Shown: positions 26,878 to 40,654, counted from the first letter of the stretch. The stretch: 64,000 nt of DNA from Octopus vulgaris (GCA_951406725.2 OX597814.1:47740001-47804000), one strand, 5' to 3'. The notes: a model not told the origin generated them from the sequence alone. Translations and numbers: made by a program.

Positions 26878-27275
26878 GGCGGCGAGCTGGCAGAAATGTT
26901 AGCACGCCGGGCGAAATGCTTAGCAGTATTTCGTCTGCCGCTAGGTTCTGAGTTCAAATTCCGCCGAGGTCGACTGTGCCTTTCATCCTTTCGGGGTCAA
27001 TTAAATAAGTACCAGTTACGCACTGGGGTCGATGTAATCGACTTAATCCGTTTGTCTGTTCTTGTTCGTCCCCTCTGTGTGTAGCTCCTTGTGGGCAGTA
27101 AAGAAATAGGTATTTCGTTTGTCTTTACGTTCTGAGTTCAAATTCCGTCGAGGTCGACTTTGCCATTCATCCTTTCGAGGTTGATATATTAAGTACCAGT
27201 TGTGAAATGGGGTCGATCTAATCGACTGCCCCCTCCCCCAAAATTTCGGGCCCTATGTCTAGAGTAGAAAAGAAG
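26878..27275 (+). mobile_element. SINE family B dimer with TSD
   Basis: A-box-like TGGCAGAAATGTTAG, B-box GAGTTCAAATTCC; two units; ATATATGTAGGAT at 26861-26873 and 27276-27288. Confidence 0.9.
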
Positions 27276-28771
27276 ATATATGTAGGATAAATCTATTACC
27301 GATGATAATATAAAAAAAATAATGCTTAAGATTATTAAAACCAGGAACCCAGTATATTTCTAGTGTACACACCGAAATGTACCACATAATTATTCACTCG
27401 GCAATTTATTCATTTGTATGATTCATAATTTTCATTTCCTTACGAGATAATTTCATGTTTAACTTATGGTTTACATCAACGGAAATACACGCCACTGCTA
27501 TATAATATGATTTGTATAAGTGTTGAATTCTTTTCATTAAATTATATCCTTCACGTGTCTCGTCCTTCTATGGTGCCAACACACACAGATATCTAATTTT
27601 ATTGATATAGTTGAATGCCGATCAGTCTGTGTGTGTGTATGTGTGTTCCTGCATTTAATTGTTTATGTATATGTGTTTGGATGTGTGCTTATGACTGTGT
27701 GTGTGTGTCTGTACATGCACGCGCTGTATATTGGATGAGTTCAACTTACAAGTTATATACGAACTTCCAACACGAACATACTTATAAATACTTGCATATA
27801 TACTTACCTAAGTACGAAATCACACAGGTGGACGCAATGTGTACGATACTATCCTACGTGTCTTATTGTAAGCTGAATTCATTCATTATCTTGTATATTC
27901 GTATCATTCATTTATAATCGCCTTGATCGTAGTCTTATAGACTTCATGCTTGTCCATCCATCCGTCTGGCAACCATCTCTTCAGACCGTCACATCTAAAC
28001 AGATTATCATGAAATTCAACCCGAACACTCAAGAGACAACCTGTAGTGTTCTTTAGTGCGTCTTAACATTTGTCATTTTTTTTTTACGATAACTTCTAGA
28101 TTTATTACATCTTTTCTTACATGTTTCCTTCCTTAGATTTTACACATAAAAACCCAAACGCTGCTCAATCTCAGTTAATTTTCTTTTTTTCTTACTAGTT
28201 TTTTTCCCTTCCTCTCAATCTTACCTTAATCTTCCCAATATAATTTTCGCCATGTTCATACTATGTATGCACTGGTAAGTAGTGTATGTGTGTGTGTGTG
28301 TGTGTGTGATTGCGTGTGTATACGTGCGTATTTGTATGTTAAAAGTGAGTGCTAAAAATTTGTGTGAACCTGTGTGTTTATGTGTATGTGTGTGTTTGGG
28401 GGAGCGTATGTGCATATATATATATATGTGTATGTATGAGAGTATAAGAGTATATAACAATATAGATGTATGAGCGCGTACTTAATGTTGAGTTTCAGAG
28501 TTCAAATATTTTGATATACTTCATGCATTTCTTTAGTGAGGTCATACAGATAATATCTGGACAACCATCAGCTTCGCCACCGTCGTCATCTTCGTCATCG
28601 TCCTGGATGTCTTCGTTGTTTTCTGTCACCAGCGTCGTCGTCATTCTCGACATGATTATCTTCATAATCATCGCCATAGTAGTCATGATCGTAGTTGTCC
28701 GTCGTCGTAATCGTAATTCTCTTTACTACAATTATTGAGAAAAGGTTAACAAAGTTCTAATATTGTTATAA

Positions 28772-29178
28772 TCTAATCTCTATCTCTCTATATATAAACG
28801 GCAGTTTGTCTGTGTGGCTGTCAGGTTGTACCCTCACCCTGACCACGGCTTTCAACCGATTCTGATGAAACTTGATACACACATAGCCCAATGTCATAAT
28901 TCAAAACTAACGCAGCGAAAATTTTGAAAAGTACCCCCAGTTCTGAAAAAAATCGATAAATTCGACATGGGGTCGAGAATCTAAGCTTTTTATATGCAAC
29001 ACATTTTCTGTCGGGAGACAGCAAGGAACATCGTATACATAGAAGTATTCGAGTGAAGAGAAGATATTGCAACCTACACATGCGCCTTCGTTCCCTAGAG
29101 GGAAAGAACTAGATTGGGATTAGTCGTTGCCTACTATGGGCTCTTACATACCCGGGCAACGCCGGGCTATGCTGCTAG
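28772..29178 (+). mobile_element. Non-autonomous Helitron
   Basis: 5' TC, 3' hairpin CCCGGGCAACGCCGGG, terminal CTAG, sits between A and T. Confidence 0.85.
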
Positions 29179-29329
29179 TATTGTTATAAATTTCAGAGAA
29201 GTACTCTATCATTCCAGATGTACATTTTAGAGTTGTCTTCTGGTCATAAAAGTATTGTAACTTACTTATCTTAACGTCACTTTTCTTTCTTGACAAGCTG
29301 AACTCTTTATAAATTGAAACTAATATTTA

Positions 29330-29727
29330 TTCTTTTCTACTCTAGGCACAAGGCCCAAAAATTTGTGGTAGGGGGCAGTCGATTAGATCCACCCCAGCAC
29401 GCAACTGGTACTTAATTTATCAACTCCAAAAGGATGAAAGGCAAAGTCGACCTCGGCGGAATTTGAACTCAGATCGTAACGGCAGACGAAATACCTATTT
29501 CTTTACTGCCCACAAGGGGTTACACACAGAGAAGACTACAAGGACAGACAAACGGATTAAGTCGATTATATCGACCCCAACACGCAACTGGTACTTATTT
29601 AATTGACCCCGAAAGGATGAAAAGCAAAGTCGACCTCGGTGAAATTTTAACTCAGAACGTAGCGGCAGACGAAATACTGCTACGCATTTCGCCCGGATTG
29701 CTAAGGTTTCTGCCAGCTCGTCGCCTT
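29330..29727 (-). mobile_element. SINE family B dimer
   Basis: Reverse complement of the 26878 architecture with the same junction. Confidence 0.9.
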
Positions 29728-30875
29728 AATTATTCAGAAAATATCATCAGTTTTGCTACAGAGAGATGATATAAGATTTGCTGTGTATCAGCTATTGATT
29801 GGGCCATGTGCTAAGGTTTCGTACAATATTTTATTATCATTTTCCAAGAAAAAACAGAGTTTCAAAAGTATGTGACAATTATATTTTTGACAACTATGAC
29901 TGTTTTGTTACAACATTAATCCTTCAAATATACCTTGACAACACTAGTGTGTCATATCCTCATTTCTTCAATGATTTAATTTTTATCAAAGCTTAAAAGA
30001 TTTGTAAATAAACAGCCTGTTTCTGCTTGGCAAATGTTTCTACAACTGTTACATCAATTCATCAAGCTGATTTATAGAACATTTTGACTTTGAACGTTTT
30101 GACTATGAAATAGCTTACCTTTATAGCAGAGGGTGGTCTTTCTGCTAGCATTCTTTTAATTGTTCTAAGACCTGATAATTGTAGGTACGTTTACGCTTCG
30201 ATGAATACCAATTGCATTGATACATGACAAAGTAGTTACCGTACTTACCAAAGATCAAACTCAATCGCGATTGTATACTTTCACCACAAACTCAAATTTT
30301 ATATAATTAGTTTGGATTTCGGAGTTCTCTCTCTCACTTTCCGTTGCGGGAATTATCGTTAATGTTGTTTATATTGCTTTTCAATACGTGAGTAAAATTG
30401 ATTAAAAATATTGGGGGGCTTACTACAATAAGTATGTTAGCCTCCTTTAAACTATTTGTTGTATAATTTTAATTAAAATTTAACAGGTGTTGCAAAGTTT
30501 TACGTCTAATTCTAGAACAAGAAAAGTGCTATTTACCCAATGTTTTACAAATTCTTTTAGGTTTTTAAATGTATTCGTGTATCTTTACCATTTGAACGGC
30601 AGATCGAGAAATTAATTTTTTGTAACTAAACACTTTCAAACTTCGGACACTGGTAGAATGTGTCATATAAAACATCTTTTACTCTCAGTGTTGTTGAGAA
30701 AAGTTTGTATTTTCAAAGTTATTTCGTGTTAAAGTCGTATTTCGGTAATTTCAAACAATCTATGACGTGTATTTAGCTGAATAAAATTACTGCTGTTGTT
30801 TGTCAGCAACAACTTCCGGCGGTGTATATTTCGTTTTGTTACTGTTATTTATGACATCGTTCGTGCATTTGTACT

Positions 30876-30973
30876 GGGTTTAGCTTTAGAGTTTTAGGAT
30901 TAGGGTTAGGGTTTTAGGGTTAGCGTTAGAGTTTTAGGATTAGGGTTAGGTTTTTAGAGTTAGGGTTAGGGTT
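30876..30973 (+). repeat. Degenerate interstitial (TTAGGG)n, possibly part of a dispersed element starting near 30580
   Basis: TTAGGG, TTTTAGGG and TTAGAG variants in tandem. Confidence 0.8.
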
Positions 30974-31950
30974 ATTACTGTCCCAAATCCTTTCTCTTTG
31001 ACTAAGTATCTTTTCTCACGGGTAGATTTGCATCTTGTATTTCCTAAATTGTTCCGTTTCCAAGCTTCTATTCTACTCAGATCTTGTCTTAAAGTTTTCA
31101 CTTTATTTTGTCGTCTTCTTTTCCACATTTGCTCTTTCTTAATCTTTCTCTGTGAGATATCTAATCTTTTAGTGACTATTACCCCTCCTGCATAGATCAA
31201 TGAGTTAGTGTCTCCTATATTTTTAGTATCTGTCCTACTGATAACATAATCTACTTTCCTAGTCATTTCTAGCAGCTTCCTTCTGTTGGTGCCTTTCAAT
31301 GCTGGCAATCTTTTTCTTCTTTACTCATTACTTCCTGTAACTCATCTAAAATCTTCTGATCTTCCTCACTTAAATCACTTAAGTTGCTGGTGCCAGTTGT
31401 TCTTTCCTTATTGGTAGGGCTATTATATTTCCTTTAGGATCTTCTTTGTTTTGAGCTGTATCACTTATGTTGTTTGTCTTTCCCACTGCTTGATCTTTCT
31501 TTTCCAATTCTCTTGTGATCTCCTCTACCTCCAATTCTGTCATCCACTTTCTTATCCTTAAAGCATTAGCCTGATCAACTAATCTCTACCCAAAGTGTTA
31601 ATATCCGTTTTCTATAGCCCCTTCTTTTAGGTTCACTTTCTGTATACTTAGTCAAAGAGAAAGTGAACGAGAGCGATAGATACTGATATTTCGCAGTATT
31701 TTACTGTTTATCAATGTGCTGTGCTTGCCTTACTTCCGAAACAAAATTTCTGTATCATTATCCTGTTTTCTTCGCTTGTCTATTTCCTCCTCTTTGCTCT
31801 ATTATCTGCTGATGCTGTAGTATGATAACATCCGTGGTCAGTCCGCATCTTTACTGAACCAGGCCTTTCCTTAAAGGTGCATCTTCATTTTCGCTGTTAC
31901 AATCAGAGTTTCTTCGGAAACTCCTGCCTCTCAAAAACTGAGGTAAGGTA
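30974..31950 (-). pseudogene. 5' part of an R4/Dong-type element (N-terminal region)
   Basis: RLVDQANALRIRKWMTELEVEEI and LPALK...NSLIYAG...WKRR..KVKTLRQDLSRI; starts at (AAT)n near 31950. Confidence 0.75.
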
Positions 31951-32000
<50 letters not shown>

Positions 32001-32042
32001 GTTTTTTCCTTCTTTCTTCAAATTTTCTTCCGTTTCTCGCTG

Positions 32043-32079
<37 letters not shown>

Positions 32080-32129
32080 TATTATTATTATTATTATTAT
32101 CATTATTATTATTGTCGTTGTTGTTGTTA

Positions 32130-32250
32130 TTTAACATACTCAGCTCTTGATGTCATTACTGTACCAGCTGTTCACTTCCCGTGAATCAAGGTAGTATTTT
32201 CATTTCAAGCCTCGAGGACTTTGCTGAAACTCTGGAGCAAATTAAGTTTT
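32130..32250 (-). mobile_element. RLE-LINE 3' end
   Basis: Reverse complement ACCTTGATTCACGGGAAGTGAACAGCTG matches the 3' UTR near 41855-41882. Confidence 0.55.
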
Positions 32251-33016
32251 CATCAGGCCAGAAGAGCTAAATTTCTCTCTCCATCTAATATCCCACATTT
32301 CATAATTACATCCAGTGATTTAGCTTCACAAGAAATAGACAAATAATTGTTTCCATAAAACATTTCGATATTATTTTAATGAATTAATTTCACATTTGAA
32401 AATAGTATTTGTTCTACTTGTGCGATGCTATTGTAAATCAGCAAATAGTTTTAGCTCTATATGTCCTTCAGGATGGAGATTTCAATTTTGTTTCGGAAGT
32501 AAGGCAAGCACAGCGCATTGATAAACAGTAAAATACTGCGAAATATCAGTATCTATCGCTCTCGTTCACTTCTGGGTAGGTTCCACAGACGAAAAATTGC
32601 AGCTTCTGGCATTTGAAGAACACACGTACATTAAGTATATAATGCTGATAATGTTTACATAATTGAGCTACTTCAGACACATACTTTGAAATTGAAATTA
32701 AATATCTATTTGAAATCTTGATATTTCGTTTACTTATCATAAATCAAAGCAATCCTCTTTTGACTTATTAAAAACAGTTTCGTTTTGAAAGCACTTCTAT
32801 TTTCATTTATATTTTTGTGTGAATATTCTAGCTATCTTCTGTTTTCCGTTTAATTAGTGGCGTTCATTATAGTTTTTCATTTGGTAGTACGAATCCATCG
32901 CCTATAATTCTTCCTTATTAATCTGTTACAGTGAAGAACTTGTTTTAAGACGATTGTTTTTCTTTATAATTTTTAAAATTAGACTCTCGCTTACGTCAAG
33001 CTCTTAAAAATGAGAT

Positions 33017-33237
33017 CAGTGTTCCTCAACCTTTTTTTTCTCCCACACTTACTTCGATTTTCCACACAAAAACGTGCTCCCTACAACGAGTGGACAAAGT
33101 TAATGTATAGCATTCAAAAGATTTAATTAAAACTTTTTTTATGGCAAGTTTCATTCCCTTGTTATTTACTTACGTCCTATTCTGAAGTAACCCACAAACC
33201 ACCGATATATTGCCACGCCCCACCTTGACAAACACTG
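33017..33237. mobile_element. hAT (Charlie-like) MITE
   Basis: Termini CAGTGTTCCTCAA / TTGACAAACACTG; 8-bp TSD AATGAGAT / AATTAGAT. Confidence 0.7.
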
Positions 33238-33694
33238 AATTAGATAGTGTCATCTATTTTCTGACTCGTTCAGCTACGTAAAATCTCCATTCTGTCTATT
33301 CTATTCCATTCTATTTTTATTCTATTCTATGATTCTATGTCGCCGGAATTTTATATTGTTAGGATATATTCTTTGCTTAATTTTGTACTTTTAGGAGCTA
33401 AATTAATGCTACTTTCGAAAAAGTTTTTCGATTAATATCAGTAGAAAATAGCAAGTTGCGGGGTTGTCTACACGAGCTCTGTATTACTTGGTATAATGGG
33501 CAGTAATATAGATGTAATTCTTTACTGATAAATAAAAGGGAGTAACAGAAATCTTTTTTTTTTATTGAAGTGGTTTCATAAGAAATTTTTTCTCGCTATT
33601 TTTTGCTTGCTTCATTGTTTACAATAAAGAGTCGAATCACGGAATGTTGAGAGATTAAAACATATCAGTTAATAGCTATCTCTAGTTCATATTA

Positions 33695-33903
33695 ATCCTT
33701 TCTATTATAGGCATATGGTCTGAAATTCGTGGGGAGGGGGAAAGTCGATTACATCGACCTCAGTACGCAACTGGTACTTAATTTGTCGACCCCGAAAGGA
33801 TGAAAGGTAAAGTCGACCTCAGCGGAATTTGAACTCAGAACGTAAAGTCGGACGAAATACTGCTAAGCATTTTGCCCGGCGTACTAACGATTCTGCCAGC
33901 TCA
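33695..33903 (-). mobile_element. SINE family B monomer
   Basis: Reverse complement of family B with tail type 2. Confidence 0.88.
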
Positions 33904-36460
33904 GTACCGTTAATAACTGCGATAGTAGTCATAACCAATATAGCTGTAACATCAGCAGCATTGGCAGAAATAACTACAGCAGTAATGCAGTAGCAATCAT
34001 CACACTAAGAAGGTGGTCTGAAGTATGAACAGCACTCGGTTTTTATGTGATGAGTTGATGAAGACAGACATGTGAAAATATCAAGAATTCATATCTTCTA
34101 GAAGACAGGATAGATTTGCATGGTTGCAGTGTCGGATCGATTCCAAGGGTTACATATTCATGATCTAAGTTAGCTCGGTCTGCTGTCTGTTTTTTTTTTA
34201 AGCTTATATCCGTAATGTAAATTGCATAGGGACCAGCTTAGATAAATATGTTTAATATGAATTAATAAAGGTTATTAGAGGCCGGTGCTTGTCGCTGAGC
34301 TGAGGTTACGGATAAGTTATTCAACATATATATCAAGTCAAAATTCTGGATTGACAAAATTGCGGTGATTAATAGAATGTCGAAACCCACTCAAACATAC
34401 CCTGAGAAAAATAAATTCAAGAAACATGAAATAAACGTATCACTTTGAATGTGTACTGCAAGCGTAGGAGTGACTTACTTCAGTGAATTGTTGAACCAAC
34501 ATGATCGTTTACACTTTAAATTGAATGCTATGGAACTGACAGGTGATCATATTAGTACATCACCCATTTATTGAATCATCTGGTGGTCGTAGTATTAGAT
34601 CTATTTTTATCAGTGACATAGAGTGACATAGCTCTTAAGGAACAATTTTAAAGTGAGGTCATCTGCAGAGAAACTTTGACGCAGAATAGGAGTAGTTTAC
34701 TCGTCGGAAAATATGAAATTGTTGTCCTAACTCAGGCAACATTCGAGAATGGCTATCTGGCAACTGAAGTATTGTCAAACGCACATTGCTTTTTTATCAA
34801 CTTGGCAACACACCTGGTTGAAGTTCAGATCTCTCATTCAATGGTGAGTGAAAAGCGTTAGCGATAATATTTTCGGTTTCAATGAAAGATTTGCGCGATC
34901 TTTGAAGGAATCATTCATTTTAAAAACACGTTTGTCAATCAGCTATATAATTGATGATAAACTGTGGAGATTAGCAACTTGTTGAGCCTTCTCGAACTAT
35001 AGAATCCTGGATTGATCGAATTGTGTTTCACATATTTATCCATTTCTTCCAGATTGTTAGCCAGTGTGTTTTTGTCAAACAGCTCCAATTAGATCTGGTT
35101 GTCGACAGGGTTTATATTGAACAATAGTAACGGCTTCTAATGACAAATAGAGTTAAATATCCTTTCTGTACTCCAAGTCTACGGGGAAAGAAGTGATATG
35201 GTGTCTCGAGAATACTAATAGTTTATTTTGTATTTCTCCAAGGAAGCTGACAGTCCTTGAAAATTCTAATTTCCTGATGACGAGTAGATAAAATCTACCT
35301 TCGAATAAACTTTAAAAGATGCGTGAAAGTGGGTGTTTATACAGTTTTATGAAACAGCTGGGTATATACAGGAATTCCTTGCTACTATGAGTGATTTACA
35401 TTTGCTGAAATATCGTAAAACATTCCCCTTAACAGAAATACATTTATATGAATGCCTAGTTTGTTTTTGTGCTAATATATTACAAATGGACTATATTTGT
35501 GTCTGCCTATTCTTTTCGTTTATGTTAATTTGGATTTTACCATATTTCGTCTCATAAAGTAGAAATCTGACAAAATACTTTAGCGTATAACCATGTGGAT
35601 TGTACGTTTGCTGACACACATAAATAAGCAAGTGTAAATGTGTAAATTTATTTGGAACTACAAAGGCAACTAATAGAATACTGAAGGATATTCAATAAAG
35701 CTTTTATTTAATAGTGCTAATTAATGATAGTATACTTCAAAGACCTTGTTATTTAAAAATATTATGAGATAGTTGCGGAATTAAAAGAGTGTTTTTACGA
35801 CAGAAGCAGAAATTACAGCGTTCTGTTCAGAAGTAAAAGAAACAAACTTTTCATCCGTAATAACATTGTTGTTGGGTCATGTTTTAATTGTGCCAAATGT
35901 AAAATATTCCCTTTTGTCTGCAGATACATCACCTATATAATTAGGCCCTTTTGTCGGCATTATTTTTGCTCTACTTTCTAAAACCAGATAATACAATCAG
36001 TTTTCAAATGCTTTCTTAGCTATTATGTTTGATGTGCCAGTGTGGTAATAACCATAATAAAAGCCTTTTAAGAAAATGAATTGAATGAATATATCATCTT
36101 AAATTAAACGAATTGGATGTAAGTTAGCATCTAATCTTTAGTTTTGTGCATGCATGCGTATGTGCATGCGTGCGCTCACGTATGCCAGTTCTTGACTGGG
36201 TGTATATCATTACATTCATTGGTTACCTGAAGACTAGAAAAAGTTTTAGAAATGTTCAGAGTAGTTGCTGGAGATTTCGTAGACTATGTAGTTTCTATAT
36301 TATGTTTTTTCTATCTTTTATCTCGATACGTCCATGCTTTCTTCCAAGTATGTTAACATGTATAATTTTTGTTATCATCTTTTGTTAGGAATAGCTTTTA
36401 TTTTCATTTGAGAACACACACTTATATATATACATATTCAAAGACATACACACATATAGA

Positions 36461-36531
<71 letters not shown>

Positions 36532-37544
36532 TGGTTTTATTGAATGATACAGGAGTTCAAGTTGATGTTTTGAGACTAAGAATTCAGTATTTTAAAACCT
36601 AAATGATTGGTCTTTCCAGTCTTATATTATTTATTTGTATATCTTATATTTTCCGTTTCTTTGTAATGCTAACTGAATATTTTCCTAATCAACAGCAATT
36701 TTACTCTTGTCTGTATTTCATAATTATATTATTTCAGTTTATTCCCTTAAATATTTTCCTATACGCGTATCATTTGCATCTTTCGTACGTGTCTCACTAT
36801 CAATTTTCTCAATCATGATATTTTTAGTGCTTCTCAGAATTATATTTCTCTCCGAAGTAATGCTTGCAGGAAAAACAAAACAAAACATATATGTGAAATA
36901 AATAAAAGAATCGCTGTTGTGTCAGGTTTTTCTACTTCCATATAAAATCTTCTAGCCTGACAAGGTGTAAGATTAGTCAGTCGGCAAATATGGCCTTCTT
37001 GAATCGATTCAGGGTAAACAGATTTGAAGAAACACAAAGTGTGTACATTCTCCTAACAATATGCTAACGTAATTCGTTAACTGAAGAAACAGTTGGCGCA
37101 GCACATAGCATAAAATGTTAACTATCATATGACGTCATTTGAAAGGCGGTCTTTTTTTTTCTTGCTCAACATGCTGACGCTTGTTTCATGTACAGTCCTG
37201 GAGCAATGAACATTTACTAGCAGGGTATGTTTACTCTCATATAACCAACGTTGCGGGTTCTTTGTTTATATGAACGATCGTTGTAATTATAATTACAAAA
37301 AGAAATATTAATCATTCTATAACAATGATGATAACGTGTGCACATAACTTGTATTTAAGTTAATGTACACAATGGATGCAGCTGGGTTTTTCCATTCTTT
37401 CTTTCTCACGCTCAGATCTATAGGAACTTACACAGGCAGCCTACCCCATTTCTTTCTACCCCTCTCTCCCCCCTCTCTCTCTACACACACGCACTCACAC
37501 GCACACATGTATGTTCTTCATCCTACCATTACAGGAACAGCACA

Positions 37545-37579
<35 letters not shown>

Positions 37580-37581
<2 letters not shown>

Positions 37582-37865
37582 CATACATAGATACATACAT
37601 ATATCCGCAAAAAATACCAAATTTTATTTAATTTGCTTTGCGGGAAGGACTGTTGTAACGAAGTCGCGTCTTGTCCTTAACTTCGCAACGCGGAGTAGAT
37701 AAAACAGGGCAGAACTGATGAAGGGAATGTTCTTTATGTTGCCTGTCTCGTTTCTCTGTTTGCTTGTTTCTTTCGTTGTTCGAAAAAAATCGTTTCCTAT
37801 GTTTTTGCTTTTTATGTTCTCGTTTCTCATTTTGTCTACGTTTTTGTTTTTGTCCTGTACCCATA
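37580..37865 (+). mobile_element. Probable Penelope-like terminal-repeat fragment
   Basis: Embedded in (TA)/(CATA)n; CTGATGAAG plus hairpin, then a T-rich stretch. Confidence 0.4.
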
Positions 37866-38019
37866 TATGCATGTATATATACATATATGTGTAGGTATGT
37901 ACATATATGTATGTATATATGCATATATTTATATATTATTTATATCATTATATGATCGAACGCCACGCATCCATTTCCATGTAAGTTTTATCTTAAAAAT
38001 TACGATGCGCAAAAAAAAA

Positions 38020-38775
38020 ACCAAAAAAACAATAGAGATAGGCTATCTCCCTGGAAATTCCCTCCTCTGATACCCAGGATGCCCAAACTTTTTCCGTATG
38101 ATATCAGTTCAGTTTTCCCTCCTACTATACTTCTCTTCAGGAAGCACGTTACATTCCTCGCAATTCCGAACATATCTGAGCACTCGATGATCCACGAATG
38201 TGGAATCATATCATAAGCTTTGCTATAGTCAATCCAGGCCATTCCCAAATTTGTTCTCCTTTTACAGTCTTGCATTACCATTTTGTCTTTCAATAGTTGA
38301 TCTTTGGTACATCTGCATCTCCTTCTACAGCCTTTTCGTTCGGGCGATAATATCGTTCTTATCAAGAAATTTATACAATTCTTCTGCAATTCCTCCTGAC
38401 AGTAACTTCTACATTAATGAGAGGCAGGAAATTGGTCTGTAATTGTCAGTAGCATTTCCCTTTGATGCATCCTTCAGGCACAACTCCGTTCGTCCTTTTA
38501 TCAATCAATCCAGGATTTTTTCCTCTCCATTGATCAACGCATTAAATTGCTCTGCGATCAATTTATGGCAACTGCTGAACTTTTTTTTAGCCCAGATCCC
38601 TGTACACTATCACGTCCTGCAGCTTTCCAATTGCTTATCTTTTTACTCATGTTTCTGATACAGTCTTCTGTAAGAGGATAGCCTCTTGATGGGGATAAGG
38701 AGCTGTTTGCTTCAGGCTGCAGATCCATTCAGCTGTATTATTTTATGTTGTTCTTGCATGCTCCTTATCTTACCC
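38020..38775 (-). pseudogene. R4/Dong-type reverse transcriptase fragment
   Basis: KGCRRR..TKDQLL...[20 protein letters not shown]...FQGDSLS; 5' side abuts (AAT)n. Confidence 0.9.
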
Positions 38776-38789
38776 ATTATTATTGTTAC

Positions 38790-38832
<43 letters not shown>

Positions 38833-38834
38833 TT

Positions 38835-39125
38835 CTCTTTATCATAGGTTTTGTTGGAGCTCCTGGAATCTTGCATGCGTAGCAGGCTTACACCTGCAGC
38901 CTACGGTACCATACTATTCATTCTTTTCAACTATCTAATACTTTCCTGATTATTCTGGCCGTTCCAAGGAAGCAAAACTTTTTGTAACACTTCTACTGAC
39001 ACTCTATTCCAATTTCCTTTATATTCCTCTTAATGCCTTCTGATACTGTTCCCAAGCACCCAACAATAACTGGCGCTATCTTCACCTTCTTCATTTTCCA
39101 TAGCCGGGCTATTTCGTACTTAAGA
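38835..39125 (-). pseudogene. RLE endonuclease C-terminus and 3' UTR
   Basis: YEIARLWKMKKVKIAPVIVG.LGTV...VLQK; ends in (AAT)n. Confidence 0.8.
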
Positions 39126-39159
39126 GTCTAATTATCATCATTAATATTATTATTATTAG

Positions 39160-39212
<53 letters not shown>

Positions 39213-39992
39213 GTGTTAAGTATTAAAATTTTTCGTAGTAAAAGACAAAGTTAAGCTGTCATAAGATCACGTGGAATATTTTCATTTCTTCGGTATCTTT
39301 CCTTTTCACTTGCTGTCTCTTTCTATCGCTCTATCTTTCTTCTATTTTCTATTCTTCCATATTGCTTTCTTAGATCATCGTATGGGATATATTTTCTTTG
39401 AATTTTACATGGAACCTTCATCCTATCAAACTCCCTCTCATGGTCTATAGATCATATTATATTTTCTCTTTCTGGCTATGTATATGGTGCTAGTTGTATT
39501 CATGACATTATTCGAGGATTGGAGAGGATAAATTGTAGATTACCTTCTTCAACTTCTTTCTCACCGCTTTTTTTTTATCTATATTTTATTTTGTAACTGG
39601 TATATCTTTCTCTTTCTGGACAAGAAAGAGCTCAGCATCATCTCTGCATCCATTGATTATGCATTTGTATATTATAAGACTATAAGAAGTTATATGTGAA
39701 TATAATTTTGAAAAACAAAACCCATAACAGGACAATTGTAAATTTAACTTCAATTCTACCTCTACTGAATATGTGTATGTGTGTATATACACACATACAC
39801 ACACTCACACAAAAACACACACGCGCGCACATAAATATGTATATGTTAAGATAACCACCTTATGTTGTGGATAGTAATATTCCTAAAATAATTGGTTTAA
39901 GTATAAATCTTGGTTTATAAATATTCAAATTAAAATCCAGAAAATGTAGAAGTAGCATTAATATAATTAATTAACTGTAAAAATTCAACACG

Positions 39993-40079
39993 TTCACTTA
40001 CAGCTGTTTCGATTTTGCCCAAAAGAATTAAATTCCAGTAATTAAGACATTTTATTGGGCAAAATTTCGTCACAGGAGT
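39993..40079 (-). ncRNA. Degenerate minimal hammerhead motif
   Basis: GUGACGA / AUUUUGCCCAA...UUGGGCAAAAU C / GAAA / CAGCUG / UA; C3 and stem I mutated. Confidence 0.5.
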
Positions 40080-40383
40080 AAAAAAGACATATCGTTAGTT
40101 TACTACATGATATTCTTCCAAAACATCTCAACAGACTGAATCTCATTTAATTACTGATTTTGGTATAAAACTTGGCCAAGGGGGTAATAGGTTGTATGAG
40201 GATAATGATTAGTAAATAAATGTTAGATAGTGGGTTACAGTAAAAAATAGTATCATATGAATGAGAGAATAAATCAGTTTTTACTTTTATAATTGAATTA
40301 ATATGGAAAATAAAGTATAAAATAATCATAGTCAGAAAGGACCTCAGTCTTATTATATATACACAGTGCACATATATACATAC

Positions 40384-40654
<271 letters not shown>

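Noticed and set aside
30876-30973. True telomere
   Set aside because: Short, degenerate and internal
31885-31950. Ribozyme at the 5' end of the Dong-like element
   Set aside because: Hairpins and CUGAU..GAAA are present, but no NUH triplet or HDV-like topology could be built
34600-34950. Possible hAT transposase C-terminal remnant on the minus strand (FPTS..SFSA)
   Set aside because: Too degenerate to call without a profile search
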